Source: an uncultured Acidobacteriota bacterium
GTDB lineage: Bacteria > Acidobacteriota > Terriglobia > UBA7540
NCBI GenBank assembly: GCA_963804995.1
Contig: CAWDSK010000002.1
Span: 512,001 to 576,000 of the forward strand
Reading direction: 5' to 3'
DNA length: 64,000 nt
The notes under the pieces are model-generated. The model had not been told where the DNA came from. It did not search any database and saw nothing but the letters and a program-made list of their open reading frames with translations. This document shows, in pieces, positions 41,869-52,160 of this stretch; the stretch's first letter is position 1; the number at the start of each line of letters is the position of its first letter. Both the position numbers and the translations under genes were made by a program.

Positions 41869-42678
41869 CTACGCCGCGGCTTGAGTCCCGCGGAATTCGC
41901 GATAGCTCACCAGCTTGATCCCCCGCTCTTCCACCAAGCGTTTAATACGAGGGCTCGTGTAGGCCAGGGTTTCGGCGGCACGAAGCTTGCCCACGCCCAA
42001 GAGCATCACATCTTTCGGCTCGAAGTGCACCAGGGCTTCGTTCTCGAGCGCCGGGTAGCCGGGATGCCCGATCAACAAATGAACTCCCGGTTCCAGATCG
42101 CGCAGAATCTGGGCGAGCGCTTTTTCCTTTTCTTCGGGAGGGAGCGAATAGACGCCGAAATCGTCAAGGGGGACTTCGCCAAGCAGGGATGAAACCGGCA
42201 CCTGGTAGTCTTTGCCAATGCGCTCCACCATGGGCCGGAGCCTGGGATCATAGGGCATATGATAATGGGTATCGACGTACTCCACCTTCACGCCCTTCTT
42301 CCTGGTAAGGTCAACCTGGGCGCGGAATTCCTTCTCCAGTTCGGCCATGTCGGGTTTGTGCCCCCAAAACTCCGCGGGGGACCCCCAAAGGAATCCATCT
42401 TCGTCGACCAGGGTGCGAATTTCGGAATAAGGCAGAACGGGACGCCACCGGTAGCCCCGCCACTCCCCGATGATGCCAAGGTGAACGCCAAAGCAAAGGT
42501 CGGAGTTCTCCCGAGCGAGCTTCGCGGCCTCTTCAAACCAGGGCGCGACCGCCAAAATCGCGGCGGATCTCAAGATGCCATTGCGGAGACAATCTATTAT
42601 GGCGAGGTTTCCCGTATGGGTATAGCCCATGTCATCAGCTCGCGCCACTAATATGATTTCCTTCTTGTCGGTCTGCAT
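41869..42678 (-). CDS. ChbG/HpnK (YdjC) family carbohydrate deacetylase
   Basis: RADDMG, GVHL, E.RAQ, YVDTH, GHPG. Confidence 0.9.
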   Translation of the reverse strand: MQTDKKEIILVARADDMGYTHTGNLAIIDCLRNGILRSAAILAVAPWFEEAAKLARENSDLCFGVHLGIIGEWRGYRWRPVLPYSEIRTLVDEDGFLWGSPAEFWGHKPDMAELEKEFRAQVDLTRKKGVKVEYVDTHYHMPYDPRLRPMVERIGKDYQVPVSSLLGEVPLDDFGVYSLPPEEKEKALAQILRDLEPGVHLLIGHPGYPALENEALVHFEPKDVMLLGVGKLRAAETLAYTSPRIKRLVEERGIKLVSYREFRGTQAAA

Positions 42679-42786
42679 GGTTTTCTCCTGAACGTTTAGT
42701 ATTCGAACGATGCCGGGACGCCAAGCCTAAATCAAGAAGGCCTCCCCGCCCGTCGTTTCTCTATCACTTCGTCAAATATTCGTAAA

Positions 42787-43206
42787 TTAGCTTATGCCTA
42801 ACAGAATAACGGCGACAAATCCTATGCCAACCCCGAAGAGGGTCAAGCGGTTCATTCGCTCGTGGAAAAACACGCGGCCGGACAAAGCCACCACGAAGAT
42901 TGATCCGCCGATGGCGATGGGAAACACTACGTGCCCGGGCACGTTCGCGTCCAGGGCAACCGCCATGGCCACTTGCCCCGCCAGGCTGAGGGCAGCCATC
43001 ACGGCGCCGAAAATGAGTTCTTTCCGTCCCAGCTTCAAGCCTTTGAGGAGCATCGGCACCAGGATGCTGGCCATTCCCCCCGCATACCATATGCATAGGT
43101 AGGGAAACTTCAAGGTAGCGGGATCCGCCCATCCGGCAATGACCTTCAAGCCGTAGGCGCTCATGCCGTTGGTAATCAGTATGACAAGCATCAAGAGGAA
43201 CCACAT
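42787..43206 (-). CDS. EamA/DMT half-size membrane transporter subunit
   Basis: About 5 TM helices, VVFPI..GG, FFHERM. Confidence 0.75.
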   Translation of the reverse strand: MWFLLMLVILITNGMSAYGLKVIAGWADPATLKFPYLCIWYAGGMASILVPMLLKGLKLGRKELIFGAVMAALSLAGQVAMAVALDANVPGHVVFPIAIGGSIFVVALSGRVFFHERMNRLTLFGVGIGFVAVILLGIS

Positions 43207-43212
43207 GAGTGC

Positions 43213-43671
43213 TTACTCCTTCCCTGCGCTCGAATTCGCCGCGGCGCGGGCATCAATCCTCTGGCCCTGAAAAAGGCACAAAACTGAGATCAGGCCCAGC
43301 GCGAAAGCGATGATTTTTATCGGAGTCAGTTTTTCGTCATAAACCCAGATGGACACTACGGCGGGCACGCCCGCAGAGAGATTCATCATCAACCAGCCGA
43401 CGGTGACTTTTCCCACTTTGATGGACGTTTGGTAAGCGAAGTAAGCCACTGCGGCGCAAACCCCGCAGGCGACCGCGACCGGAACCACTTTTAGAGGTAT
43501 GTGAAATCCAGTCGGGAGCATAAAAGTTCGGACCAACATGGCCAGGGCCGCCCATCCACACATACCGACAACCAGCCCGGAGGCGGCGCATTGACGTCGC
43601 TCAGCTACCTTTGAGACGGACCCCAACACCCCAAATGCCAGAGCGCCTAAGAAACAGAAAAGTAGACCCAC
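43213..43671 (-). CDS. EamA/DMT half-size membrane transporter subunit
   Basis: About 5 TM helices, GKVTVGW..NLS, YDEKLT; GTG start with GGAGG. Confidence 0.75.
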   Translation of the reverse strand: MGLLFCFLGALAFGVLGSVSKVAERRQCAASGLVVGMCGWAALAMLVRTFMLPTGFHIPLKVVPVAVACGVCAAVAYFAYQTSIKVGKVTVGWLMMNLSAGVPAVVSIWVYDEKLTPIKIIAFALGLISVLCLFQGQRIDARAAANSSAGKE

Positions 43672-43960
43672 AGGATTCCCTCCCCAACATATCTTTGGTC
43701 GATGTCGTAACCACGCCCAGGCAGGGCGCTGCTTCCGGTGCCGAACTTCCCTCTGGTCTTGGATGCAAAGCGTGAGTGGCTTGCTTCCCATCCTGAGCAA
43801 GACCACGGAAGCAGTTCGACTGATCGTGCTTAGCGAATAGGCCGAGCCGGGAAACATGCTCCCGCTTGACCGGCCATCACTCTATCCCCATCGCCCACAA
43901 CTTACCAGTGCCAACTCTCGGAGAGCCGTACCCTCCGCCCGCCGTCACCCTGAATCTCGT

Positions 43961-44749
43961 TTATTTCAATGCCCGCTCAATAGCCGCTTCCGCCACCGGA
44001 GCCATCGCGGAGTAGCTACGATCGTTGGCGTGCGCACCATCTTCTGAGTAACCTTCCTTCAGCATCCCTTTACTATCCACGGTCACCGAGTAGTAATCCG
44101 CAAGCTCGGCATGGATTTCAGCGGCGTAGCTGCGCAGCCAGTTATTAAGTTTGACGATGTCAGCGAGCGGATGTTTTTCAGTTTGCTTGTGAGCGGTGTA
44201 GTCGCTAACCGGGAGGATCGAGCCGAGAATGACCTTGATGCCATTGGCCCGCGCCACCTGGGACATAGCCCGGATATTGTCTTCGATCATTTCGGCAGTC
44301 TCAGGACCCGTGTTGCCCGCGATGTCGTTAACCCCTCCCAGGATTACCACCGCCGCAGGGTGGAGATTAATCACGTCGGGATAGAACCGCACCAACATCT
44401 GAGGAGTGGTCTGCCCAGGAATGCCCCGGTTCAGATAGGGCTTGCCGGGGAAGAATTTGGCCAGATCCCACGGCTCCGTGATCGCATCTCCAATAAAAAC
44501 CACGCGTCCCTTCTCCACGGGCTGCGCTTGGAGTTTTGCATTCTCTGCGTGGTAGTAGCTGAGTTCGGCCCAGTCCTCCGCCTGCCTGGCAACAGCCTCC
44601 ACGCGCTCCGCCAGGGCTTGCACCTGAATGGTCGGGCAGCAGGTGGACGATTTAGGGTGTGTGAAATCCGGCACGAGCTGTGCCCGGGCCGGCGCAGCAA
44701 TCCAAAGTCCAGCTATCAATAGAAAAAAGAGTTGCACATAACGATTCAT
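43961..44749 (-). CDS. SGNH/GDSL hydrolase-fold protein (nucleophile Ser replaced by Ala)
   Basis: VFIGDAITE, NRGI.GQTT.QML.RF, GG.ND, DGAH. Confidence 0.88.
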   Translation of the reverse strand: MNRYVQLFFLLIAGLWIAAPARAQLVPDFTHPKSSTCCPTIQVQALAERVEAVARQAEDWAELSYYHAENAKLQAQPVEKGRVVFIGDAITEPWDLAKFFPGKPYLNRGIPGQTTPQMLVRFYPDVINLHPAAVVILGGVNDIAGNTGPETAEMIEDNIRAMSQVARANGIKVILGSILPVSDYTAHKQTEKHPLADIVKLNNWLRSYAAEIHAELADYYSVTVDSKGMLKEGYSEDGAHANDRSYSAMAPVAEAAIERALK

Positions 44750-44821
44750 GGTTTCCTCCACAACAGAATAATTCCCAGTTCCCGCTGGCACGGGCCAAGG
44801 TGGAATGCGGGGATGGGCGCG

Positions 44822-45817
44822 TTAGATATTGAACCCGAGCTTTTCGAGAGCCGCTTTGTTGATGCGGGCAGACTCTGTCGGTCCACCAGGTGGCGGCACG
44901 TAGCGATCGAGTTCGACAATCACCCAACCCTTGAACTTGACATCGCGAATCGCCGCCATGATGGATGGGAAGTCGACAACTCCCTGGCCGATTTCGCAAA
45001 AACGGAGTCGCGCCCTTGCGCCTTTCTCATAATTTTCACGGACGAGGTCAGACGTATCCTTGCGACAGTCTTTAAAATGGAAAAAGGCCAAGCGCTCGTG
45101 GTAGGTCCGGATTACCTCCGCGGGATCCGATCCGCCCAGAGCCAGGTGGGCAACGTCTACGATGAGCTTGACGTATTCCGGCCGGGTGGCATCCATCACC
45201 CGCGTCACTCCCTCGCGCGTCTCGCCCAACGTTCCGAAATGCGGGTGGTAGCCGAGGGTCATGCCGGAATCCTGGGCAATCTTTCCTAACTCGTTCATGG
45301 AAGCGCACAAGGTTTTAACGTCGTCAGCGGAATACTTTACCTTCGGGTGACCCCCATCCGTCACCTGGAAGAAAATCCCGCCCAAGGTTTTCATGAAGTC
45401 CACGTCCAGGCGAAAGTTCGCATAAGAAACGTCGGATTTTCCCGGCGCAAGGGGCACATTGTGGCACGACAGAGCGGTCGCCACGAGATTCAACTTCTTC
45501 AATCGATCCCTTAGGGCGAGGGCTTTCTCGCCGGGGTAGTTCGCCACGACCTCTCCCATAAGTTGAACGCCCTTGTAACCCACGGATGAAATTCCCTCCA
45601 AGGCTTGGTCGAACTGATCCTCGGGCCAGGAGATTACCGAATACCCCGCGGGATTCGAGAGCCCGCCTGGGAAAGCGCTGGAAAATCGTGAGGCGGCGCC
45701 CCAACCTAGCGCCAGGGCACCTATCTTTTTTAAGAACTGCCTGCGCGCCACACAGGCCGCCGGCATCGATGCTGCCTCCCTTCCACTTTCTGAAAGCTGT
45801 AAGGATTTCCTATTCAT
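44822..45817 (-). CDS. Tat-exported sugar phosphate isomerase/epimerase (IolE-like)
   Basis: ARRQFLK; YHPH, D.AHL..GG.DP, HFKD, E.G.G.VDF, WVIVELD. Confidence 0.87.
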   Translation of the reverse strand: MNRKSLQLSESGREAASMPAACVARRQFLKKIGALALGWGAASRFSSAFPGGLSNPAGYSVISWPEDQFDQALEGISSVGYKGVQLMGEVVANYPGEKALALRDRLKKLNLVATALSCHNVPLAPGKSDVSYANFRLDVDFMKTLGGIFFQVTDGGHPKVKYSADDVKTLCASMNELGKIAQDSGMTLGYHPHFGTLGETREGVTRVMDATRPEYVKLIVDVAHLALGGSDPAEVIRTYHERLAFFHFKDCRKDTSDLVRENYEKGARARLRFCEIGQGVVDFPSIMAAIRDVKFKGWVIVELDRYVPPPGGPTESARINKAALEKLGFNI

Positions 45818-46111
45818 CTCCACCTCCAACCCCCCCAGCGAACTCCTCGCGCGGCGATGCAAGCTTGGATTCTCAGTCTGGACGCACCCTATAAATGGGC
45901 GCGGATAATATAGCCGCTCCCGGGGGCTTTCGGTAGCCGAAATCGCGTGAGCAATCTCCAGCCTAGGATGGTCACCGAGCGAGGGCTTGGTGCTTGCATA
46001 CCGGGCTCGGTTTGCAATCTTGACTCGCGCCATGATGAACCACCCCCCCCGCCAACCGCCCCGAGTTACAATGCGCACTGAACCTGACCGGGCAGAATCC
46101 TTGGAGGCGTG

Positions 46112-47491
46112 ATGCGCATGGCTAAGTTTCTCGGGATCTCGGTACTTGGATTGTGGCTGGCGGCCTCCGGTTGGGCAGCATCGAATCCACCACAGATCAT
46201 CACGTTCAACGATGACGGAGGATGGTGCTGGTTTCAGGATGAGCGCATGCTGGTGAAGAACGGGAAGATCTACATCGTCTCTACAGCCTCGGGGGTGCAC
46301 GACGCGCAGCGCCAGGGAAATGTGGAAGTCGTAACCTACGAGATCGCCACAGGCTCCACGCAACGAGCTGTGTTGCACTCGCAGTTCTATAACCATCCCG
46401 GCAAGGGCGATTACGATGACCACAACACGCCCGCTCTCCTATCCTTGCCGGATGGACGGTTCCTTGCGGTCTATGCAACGCACGGGACTGAAGCACGCTT
46501 CCACTACCGGCTCTCTACTACCCCAGGCGACGCCGTTCACTGGGGCGTAGAAAGCACGGTCGACGGCGCAGCGAATTCGCGGATCACCTATTCGAACCTC
46601 CACCTGCTGAGGGATGAGAACGGGGGCAAGGGGCGGATCAACAATTTCTTCCGCGGATACCAGGACTCAAAACCGTCTTACGCCTTCTCCGACAACGGCG
46701 GTGAATCGTGGAAGATGGGGGGCGTCTACATCCGGTCGATGGATCCCCGGAAAGAGCGTCCCTATGTGCGCTACGCCTCGGACGGGCGCTCAACCGTGCA
46801 TATGTTCTACTCCGACGGTCACCCAAACCTATTCGACAACAGCGTTTGGCACATCTTCTACCGCGATGGGCAACTGCACCGCTCCGACGGCACCGTGATC
46901 GCGCCCTTAAGCCAAGGCCTTTCCGAGCCGACGGACGGGACCGAGGTCTTCCATGGTGACGCGAACAACGTCGCCTGGACTAGTGATATTCATTTGGACG
47001 CGCGCGGGCGGCCGTACGTGGTCTATTCGGTGCAGAAGAATGCCGCCGCTGTTCCACACGGTCATCGCGGGCAGGATCTTCGTTACCGGTACGCGTTCTG
47101 GAACGGCTCGCGCTGGGTGGACCACGAAGTTGGGCACGCCGGCACTTGCCTCTATCCACAAGAAGACAACTACACGGGTAACATCGCGCTCAACCCGAGT
47201 CACCTTGATACGGTTTATATCTCGACCAACGCTGACCCCGTGACCGGCACGCCGCTCATCAGCCAGACCGATCATCGGCGACACTACGAGATCCTCAGAG
47301 GCGTGACACCAGATGGGGGCGCCACCTGGATCTGGAAGGCCATCACCAGCAATTCCACGGCGGACAACATCCGGCCAGTCGTTCGCGCCACGGATGGGAA
47401 ACACATCGCCGTGCTCTGGTTGCAGGGACGTTACACGGCTTACACGGACTACGACCTCTCGGTGGTCGGGCTGATTATCTCCGGAAAGTGA
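46112..47491 (+). CDS. BNR-4 repeat secreted protein (beta-propeller, possible lyase/sialidase-like)
   Basis: DGGWCWFQD, DDHNTP, TYSN, SDNGGESW and TPDGGATW Asp boxes. Confidence 0.8.
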   Translation: MRMAKFLGISVLGLWLAASGWAASNPPQIITFNDDGGWCWFQDERMLVKNGKIYIVSTASGVHDAQRQGNVEVVTYEIATGSTQRAVLHSQFYNHPGKGDYDDHNTPALLSLPDGRFLAVYATHGTEARFHYRLSTTPGDAVHWGVESTVDGAANSRITYSNLHLLRDENGGKGRINNFFRGYQDSKPSYAFSDNGGESWKMGGVYIRSMDPRKERPYVRYASDGRSTVHMFYSDGHPNLFDNSVWHIFYRDGQLHRSDGTVIAPLSQGLSEPTDGTEVFHGDANNVAWTSDIHLDARGRPYVVYSVQKNAAAVPHGHRGQDLRYRYAFWNGSRWVDHEVGHAGTCLYPQEDNYTGNIALNPSHLDTVYISTNADPVTGTPLISQTDHRRHYEILRGVTPDGGATWIWKAITSNSTADNIRPVVRATDGKHIAVLWLQGRYTAYTDYDLSVVGLIISGK

Positions 47492-47657
47492 GATCGGGGG
47501 AGGGGGGTTCCAATCCCGGCTTGTTCCGGCGTGGCGTAAGTTGGTCAACGGAAGTGAAGTGCCACGGGCGTCCCGCCCGTGTCCAGTCACGGCCAGGATG
47601 GCCGTGGCACCTCAGGCCAGTCATGGGCGGGACGCCTGTGGCACCTCGAACTGCACC

Positions 47658-48884
47658 CTAGGTTGAGGCCTCGGATGAGGTTTGCAGTTGAGGCCGAAAG
47701 CTACGCCAGGTAGCTACGAGAAACAAAATGGCTGAAAGCACGGTGACCACGGCGGAGATTGCCATCAGTCCGCTCAGGCCCAAGCTTTGTTTCCAAACCC
47801 CTGCGAGCCACATGGCGAGGGCAGCGGAAACACCTCCCGCCATGTTATACACGCCGCCAGAGAAGCTGTAATTCTTGTCCGTCACCGTGTCATAAGCTGC
47901 CGCTATCCCATTCCCCACGTTGAGGCCGGAAATCAACCCAAAGAGCAATGCGAAGAACCGAAATTCTCCTATCGAGGTGACCGCAAACATAAGGTAAGCA
48001 CACGGCGCGCTCAGCAAAAAGCCAAAGCCCGTCAGGTACAACCGGCCGGCCGGTATGCGGCGAACAATTCGGTCAGCCAACCAGGCGCCCCCTACCACAC
48101 CCGCGAGGCAAGTGAACTGGATAAAAACGGTCGCGTTGAACCCGCTGGCTGTGAGCGAATATCGAAACCGCTCGTAGAGATGGTCGGGGAGCCAAGCGTA
48201 GACAATCCACTGGATTGCGCAAAAGCATCCGTAAACAAGGAGCAGTAGCCAGAACAAGAGAGAGCGAGGGAGCCGGCTTGGTAAGCGCTCGGCTTTAGGC
48301 GCCTTGCTGCCCTCTGCCGGTCGTATCCGGAACGCCACCAGCAGAGCCGCTGCGTATGCGATTCCGATCAGGAAGAGAAACCCGAATCCCTGTCGCCACC
48401 CGATGTGATCACCCGCCCAGCCGCCAAACCACCCTCCTGCCACGACCCCCATCATTTGGGCGGACTGATGAATCCCCAACGCCCGCGAGCGCGTGGGGCC
48501 GGCATGTGCCGCTGCGAGCAGACCCACCGCCGCGGGGTAGTACAGTGCCTCAGTCACCCCCATCGCCGCCCGCCAGGTCAAGAAGGAGGCAGGTGTGTGA
48601 CTGAGGGCCGTCCCCAGCGTGCAGACGCTCCACAGGACCATGCTTGCCACAATCAAGAGATCGCGCCGGGTTGCATCCGCTATGTACCCCGCCAGCGGCA
48701 TGCACAGTGCGTAAACCCAGATGAACATGCTCCCCACCAAACCGAGCTGGGCGTATGAAAACCCAAGTTCCTTCTGCAATACGGGGAAGACCGAGAAGGC
48801 TGCCTGGCGGTCGATATAGTTCAGCGCGAATGCGACCCAGAGGCAGGCGACGACCCACCACCGGGAGCTGAATCGTTTCATCAT
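47658..48884 (-). CDS. MFS transporter
   Basis: LNYIDRQ, G.IAD, RAAMGVTEA.Y.P, TRSRALGIHQS; about 12 TM segments. Confidence 0.92.
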   Translation of the reverse strand: MMKRFSSRWWVVACLWVAFALNYIDRQAAFSVFPVLQKELGFSYAQLGLVGSMFIWVYALCMPLAGYIADATRRDLLIVASMVLWSVCTLGTALSHTPASFLTWRAAMGVTEALYYPAAVGLLAAAHAGPTRSRALGIHQSAQMMGVVAGGWFGGWAGDHIGWRQGFGFLFLIGIAYAAALLVAFRIRPAEGSKAPKAERLPSRLPRSLLFWLLLLVYGCFCAIQWIVYAWLPDHLYERFRYSLTASGFNATVFIQFTCLAGVVGGAWLADRIVRRIPAGRLYLTGFGFLLSAPCAYLMFAVTSIGEFRFFALLFGLISGLNVGNGIAAAYDTVTDKNYSFSGGVYNMAGGVSAALAMWLAGVWKQSLGLSGLMAISAVVTVLSAILFLVATWRSFRPQLQTSSEAST

Positions 48885-48956
48885 GTGCCCCAGTTCAAGC
48901 GAGGAAATTCTCTACGCCTGTGTAGCGCGCCACTGCGTCCAATCAGATCCTGAGTC

Positions 48957-49716
48957 TCAGCCACGCCCCACAAACGGCATTTGGGTTGCCATCACAGTCA
49001 TGAACTGCACGTTGGCGTCGAGCGGCAGATTCGCCATAAACAAAACCGCCTCGGCCACGTGGCTGACGTTCCATCCGGGCCTCGACCATGATGGTTCCGT
49101 TCGCCTGAAGTATTCCGGCCGCCATGCGCTCAGTCCTCTCGGTGGCGGCGTTGCCGATGTCGATCTGGCCGCAGGCGATGTTGTGCATTCGGCCGTCCAG
49201 TGAAATCGATTTGGTCAGGCCGGTGATGGCGTGCTTGGTCGAGGTATAAGGCGCCGAGTTGGGACGCGGTGCGTAGGCGGAAATCGAGCCGTTATTGATG
49301 ATGCGCCCGCCCTGCGGCTGCTGCGATTTCATGAGCCTGATCGCCTCCTGCGCGCAGAGGAATGATCCCGTCAGGTTGACGTTTACGACGGAGCTCCACT
49401 GCTCGAAGGTCAGGTCTTCTGTGGGAATGCCGGGGACGGTGATCCCCGCGTTGTTGAACAGAACGTCCAACCGGCCGAAAGCTTCCCTGGTTTTCGCGAA
49501 AAGATTGTGCACCGAATCGGGCTTGCTGACGTCCGTGGGTACGGCCAGCATCCTGCCGCCCGAGGGCGTGGCGAGTGCCGCGGTCTTCTCCAGTTCCGCG
49601 GCGCGCCGCCCGGCCAGAACTACGGAATAGCCTGCCCCTTGCAAAGCAAGGCTGGCCGCCCGGCCGATTCCACTGCCTGCACCGGTTACCAGCGCGATCT
49701 TATCTTTGGTCATCAT
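48957..49716 (-). CDS. SDR family oxidoreductase, +1 frameshift at ~49069
   Basis: [17 protein letters not shown]. The restored C-terminus reads [30 protein letters not shown]. Confidence 0.9.
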
Positions 49717-49739
49717 ATTACCTTTGATGAGTGGGTAAG

Positions 49740-49916
49740 GGTAGCCACGGTCAGTGCATTTCTGACCGTGGGCCCTTCTGGCCGTGGTCGATTTACAGCA
49801 AACTTACTTTGGACAGGGCAACGGTAGCGGCGTGTTCCATCCAGATTGACAACCTGCCGCTGGAGCATCGGGCATGAGAAAAGCCCACGGTCAGAAAAAC
49901 ACTGACCGTGGCTATC
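49740..49916. repeat. REPIN-like element, copy 4 (reverse orientation)
   Basis: GGTAGCCACGGTCA..TGACCGTGG and CCACGGTCA..TGACCGTGGCTATC. Confidence 0.85.
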
Positions 49917-49924
49917 CCGCTGAG

Positions 49925-50872
49925 TTAAGACCCCGATTTCCTTTGTCTGCGCAGGAAATCGATGAGGAACGCGTCCCGACGAGACTTAACGGCATCCATA
50001 CTGCGGACCGTCCAATCATAGAACCCCCGCCCCGAGGCGGCTCCAACGTCTCCTCGCTCAACTTTTTCATTCAGCAATGCTCCCGCATGTGTCTCCCCGC
50101 ACAAGTCCGGCGTTACAGAATCCTGAATCGCTTTTACCAGCCTCAATCCCACATTATCAGCATGCTCAAAGATTCCGTAAGCCGGCATCCTGAGTCCGAA
50201 ACCGGTCATGGCGGCGAGGTCGACATCTTCGGCACTGGCAATCCCCTCTTGCACGATGTATACGGCCTCCCGGATCAAGGCGTGTTGCAGACGATTTCCC
50301 AGCATGCCGGGCCGGTCCTTGCGCACCAGGACGGGCGCCTTGCCACACTGCCTGAGTATTTTTAAAGCTCTCTCGGCCTGCTCTTCGCCCGTCCGGTCGG
50401 TCATCACGACCTCAACTAAGGGCATCAAATGAGGAGGAAACCAGAAGTGCGCCGAAAGAATGCGCTCCGGGAAGCGGTGGGATTTGGCGGCAATGGCGGT
50501 GACACTCAGGCCGGAAGTATTGGTGGCAAGCAGTGTCTCACGGTCGGCTATCTTGTCCATCCGGGCGAACAACTCCTGTTTTATGCCAAGGTCTTCTTTA
50601 ATTGCCTCAATAACGATCTGCGCAGATCGAACGCTGCCATCCAGGTCGGTAGTGGATATGAGCAGCGGCTTGGCGGACGCTGCCGCACCCGGGTCAATCA
50701 GTTCGTTGGCTTCGAGTTGGTCCAGAAGTTGATGGGCTTGCGAAATCCCACTTTCGGCCAATTCTGAGGTGAGATCGGACAAACGTGTTTCGATTCCCCC
50801 CAGGGCCAGCGTTATGGCAATTCCCGGCCCCATCATTCCCGCCCCCACCACTACCGCTTTCATCTCAGCCAT
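49925..50872 (-). CDS. 3-hydroxyacyl-CoA dehydrogenase family protein
   Basis: GAGMMG, VIEAIKE...K, LATNTS, HFW.PP..MPLVEV, G..GNRL. Confidence 0.92.
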   Translation of the reverse strand: MAEMKAVVVGAGMMGPGIAITLALGGIETRLSDLTSELAESGISQAHQLLDQLEANELIDPGAAASAKPLLISTTDLDGSVRSAQIVIEAIKEDLGIKQELFARMDKIADRETLLATNTSGLSVTAIAAKSHRFPERILSAHFWFPPHLMPLVEVVMTDRTGEEQAERALKILRQCGKAPVLVRKDRPGMLGNRLQHALIREAVYIVQEGIASAEDVDLAAMTGFGLRMPAYGIFEHADNVGLRLVKAIQDSVTPDLCGETHAGALLNEKVERGDVGAASGRGFYDWTVRSMDAVKSRRDAFLIDFLRRQRKSGS

Positions 50873-51114
50873 TTATTTCCTCCTTTGCGTATATATCGCA
50901 TCTCTATCCATCGGAATTTCCGCTTCTGGAATGCTCGCTCACGCACTGCAAATGTATATTTCGCCTTCGAGACAACCCGGAATTCGCCTAGGGGTGTTCC
51001 AGCCCCGAACAGTATACAACCGGTTGTCTCCAACCGTTCCCTTTCGGTGTATTTTCACTACCGGCTACCTGCTGACTGCAAGCCCGTGTTCCGCGGGTTC
51101 CGTCGAGCGCGAAT

Positions 51115-51546
51115 TCACGTGGTTCGTCGGCCGCGGTTGGGGTTGGCGGGATCAACGAGGGGGAGTGTTCGAAAGATTTCTTTGTAAAATCCGCGGTCGC
51201 GCGAAAGGAGTTGCGACGCTTGGATCTGGGCGTGGGCGCCCACCAGGAAGTCCGTCAGAATCCGGCTCCGCTTGCCGCCTTCCTGACGATAGGTTCTCCA
51301 CAGCCTGCTGGCCAGGAAACTCGCCTCGCGGGTCAAGGGCTCAACCCGAATGTCGTTTTCCTCGAGAAACTGATCGCAGTCGGCCCGGCGTTGAAAGTGA
51401 ACGCACAACTCAGCGTAGACCAGATTACATACGACCAGTGAGCCGGCGCGAGCGGCTTCCTCCAGGGCCTGAACGGAGCGCTCGAAGTATTCAGGATTGG
51501 GAGCAAGGACATCGAGGAGAACGTTGGTATCGATGGCGGTGATCAT
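51115..51546 (-). CDS. PIN-domain toxin (VapC family)
   Basis: IDTNVLLD, VYAEL, DFLVGAHA, LLSRD. Confidence 0.9.
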   Translation of the reverse strand: MITAIDTNVLLDVLAPNPEYFERSVQALEEAARAGSLVVCNLVYAELCVHFQRRADCDQFLEENDIRVEPLTREASFLASRLWRTYRQEGGKRSRILTDFLVGAHAQIQASQLLSRDRGFYKEIFRTLPLVDPANPNRGRRTT

Positions 51547-51773
51547 CGTCCCCGAACATCCTCGATAAAATCGTCCACCTGCCGATAGCCCAGCGCTTCA
51601 AAACTCTTCTTGCACCGTCCCTTCCAACGGGTCAGGGCAAGCTTGCGCGGCTTCTTACGCAGAAGGATAGTGTTTTTGACAACCTGGAATTCCACTTCCG
51701 TTGCAGGCTTCAGTCCGAGCTTCTCCCGAAGCTCCTTGGGAATGGTAACCTGACCGCGTTCACCTATTTTCAT
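51543..51773 (-). CDS. AbrB/MazE/SpoVT-type antitoxin
   Basis: MKIGERGQVTIPKELREKLGLKP; 4-nt overlap with the toxin. Confidence 0.9.
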   Translation of the reverse strand: MKIGERGQVTIPKELREKLGLKPATEVEFQVVKNTILLRKKPRKLALTRWKGRCKKSFEALGYRQVDDFIEDVRGR

Positions 51774-51926
51774 ACTTCCGAGTATGAATGAGATTACATA
51801 CCAATACAAGACTGAAAACCGTAAAACAGGGGACAGAGACCAGGCTCACTGGTTCTTCCTTCGCCCAACCTCAGTGCTAGCGGGTAGCGTACGCGATCTT
51901 TGCGTTCTCCTGCGTCTCGCCTGCCA

Positions 51927-52070
51927 TCAAAAGCGCGCATTTTCATCGGCGGGCAACCGCACTCGATCGATCGCGAGGCCGCTCGGGGTTGCCCGCCGGT
52001 CGTTGAGATTGCCGGTGTAATCCTGCACGCTTGACCAAGGCCAATCCTCCGCACTGCCTTTCCGCTTGAC
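51927..52070 (-). pseudogene. C-terminal remnant of a REP-associated tyrosine transposase-like gene
   Basis: AEDWPWSSVQDY...PSGLAIDRVRLPAD; similar tail at 55956-56030. Confidence 0.55.
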
Positions 52071-52160
52071 TCTCTTTTTGTTTTTCGTTACCGTTTTCGT
52101 TTCCGCGTGAAGGAGGGCAGGGCACACGCCGGGGATTAGTGTCGAATTTTTAATATAAGG

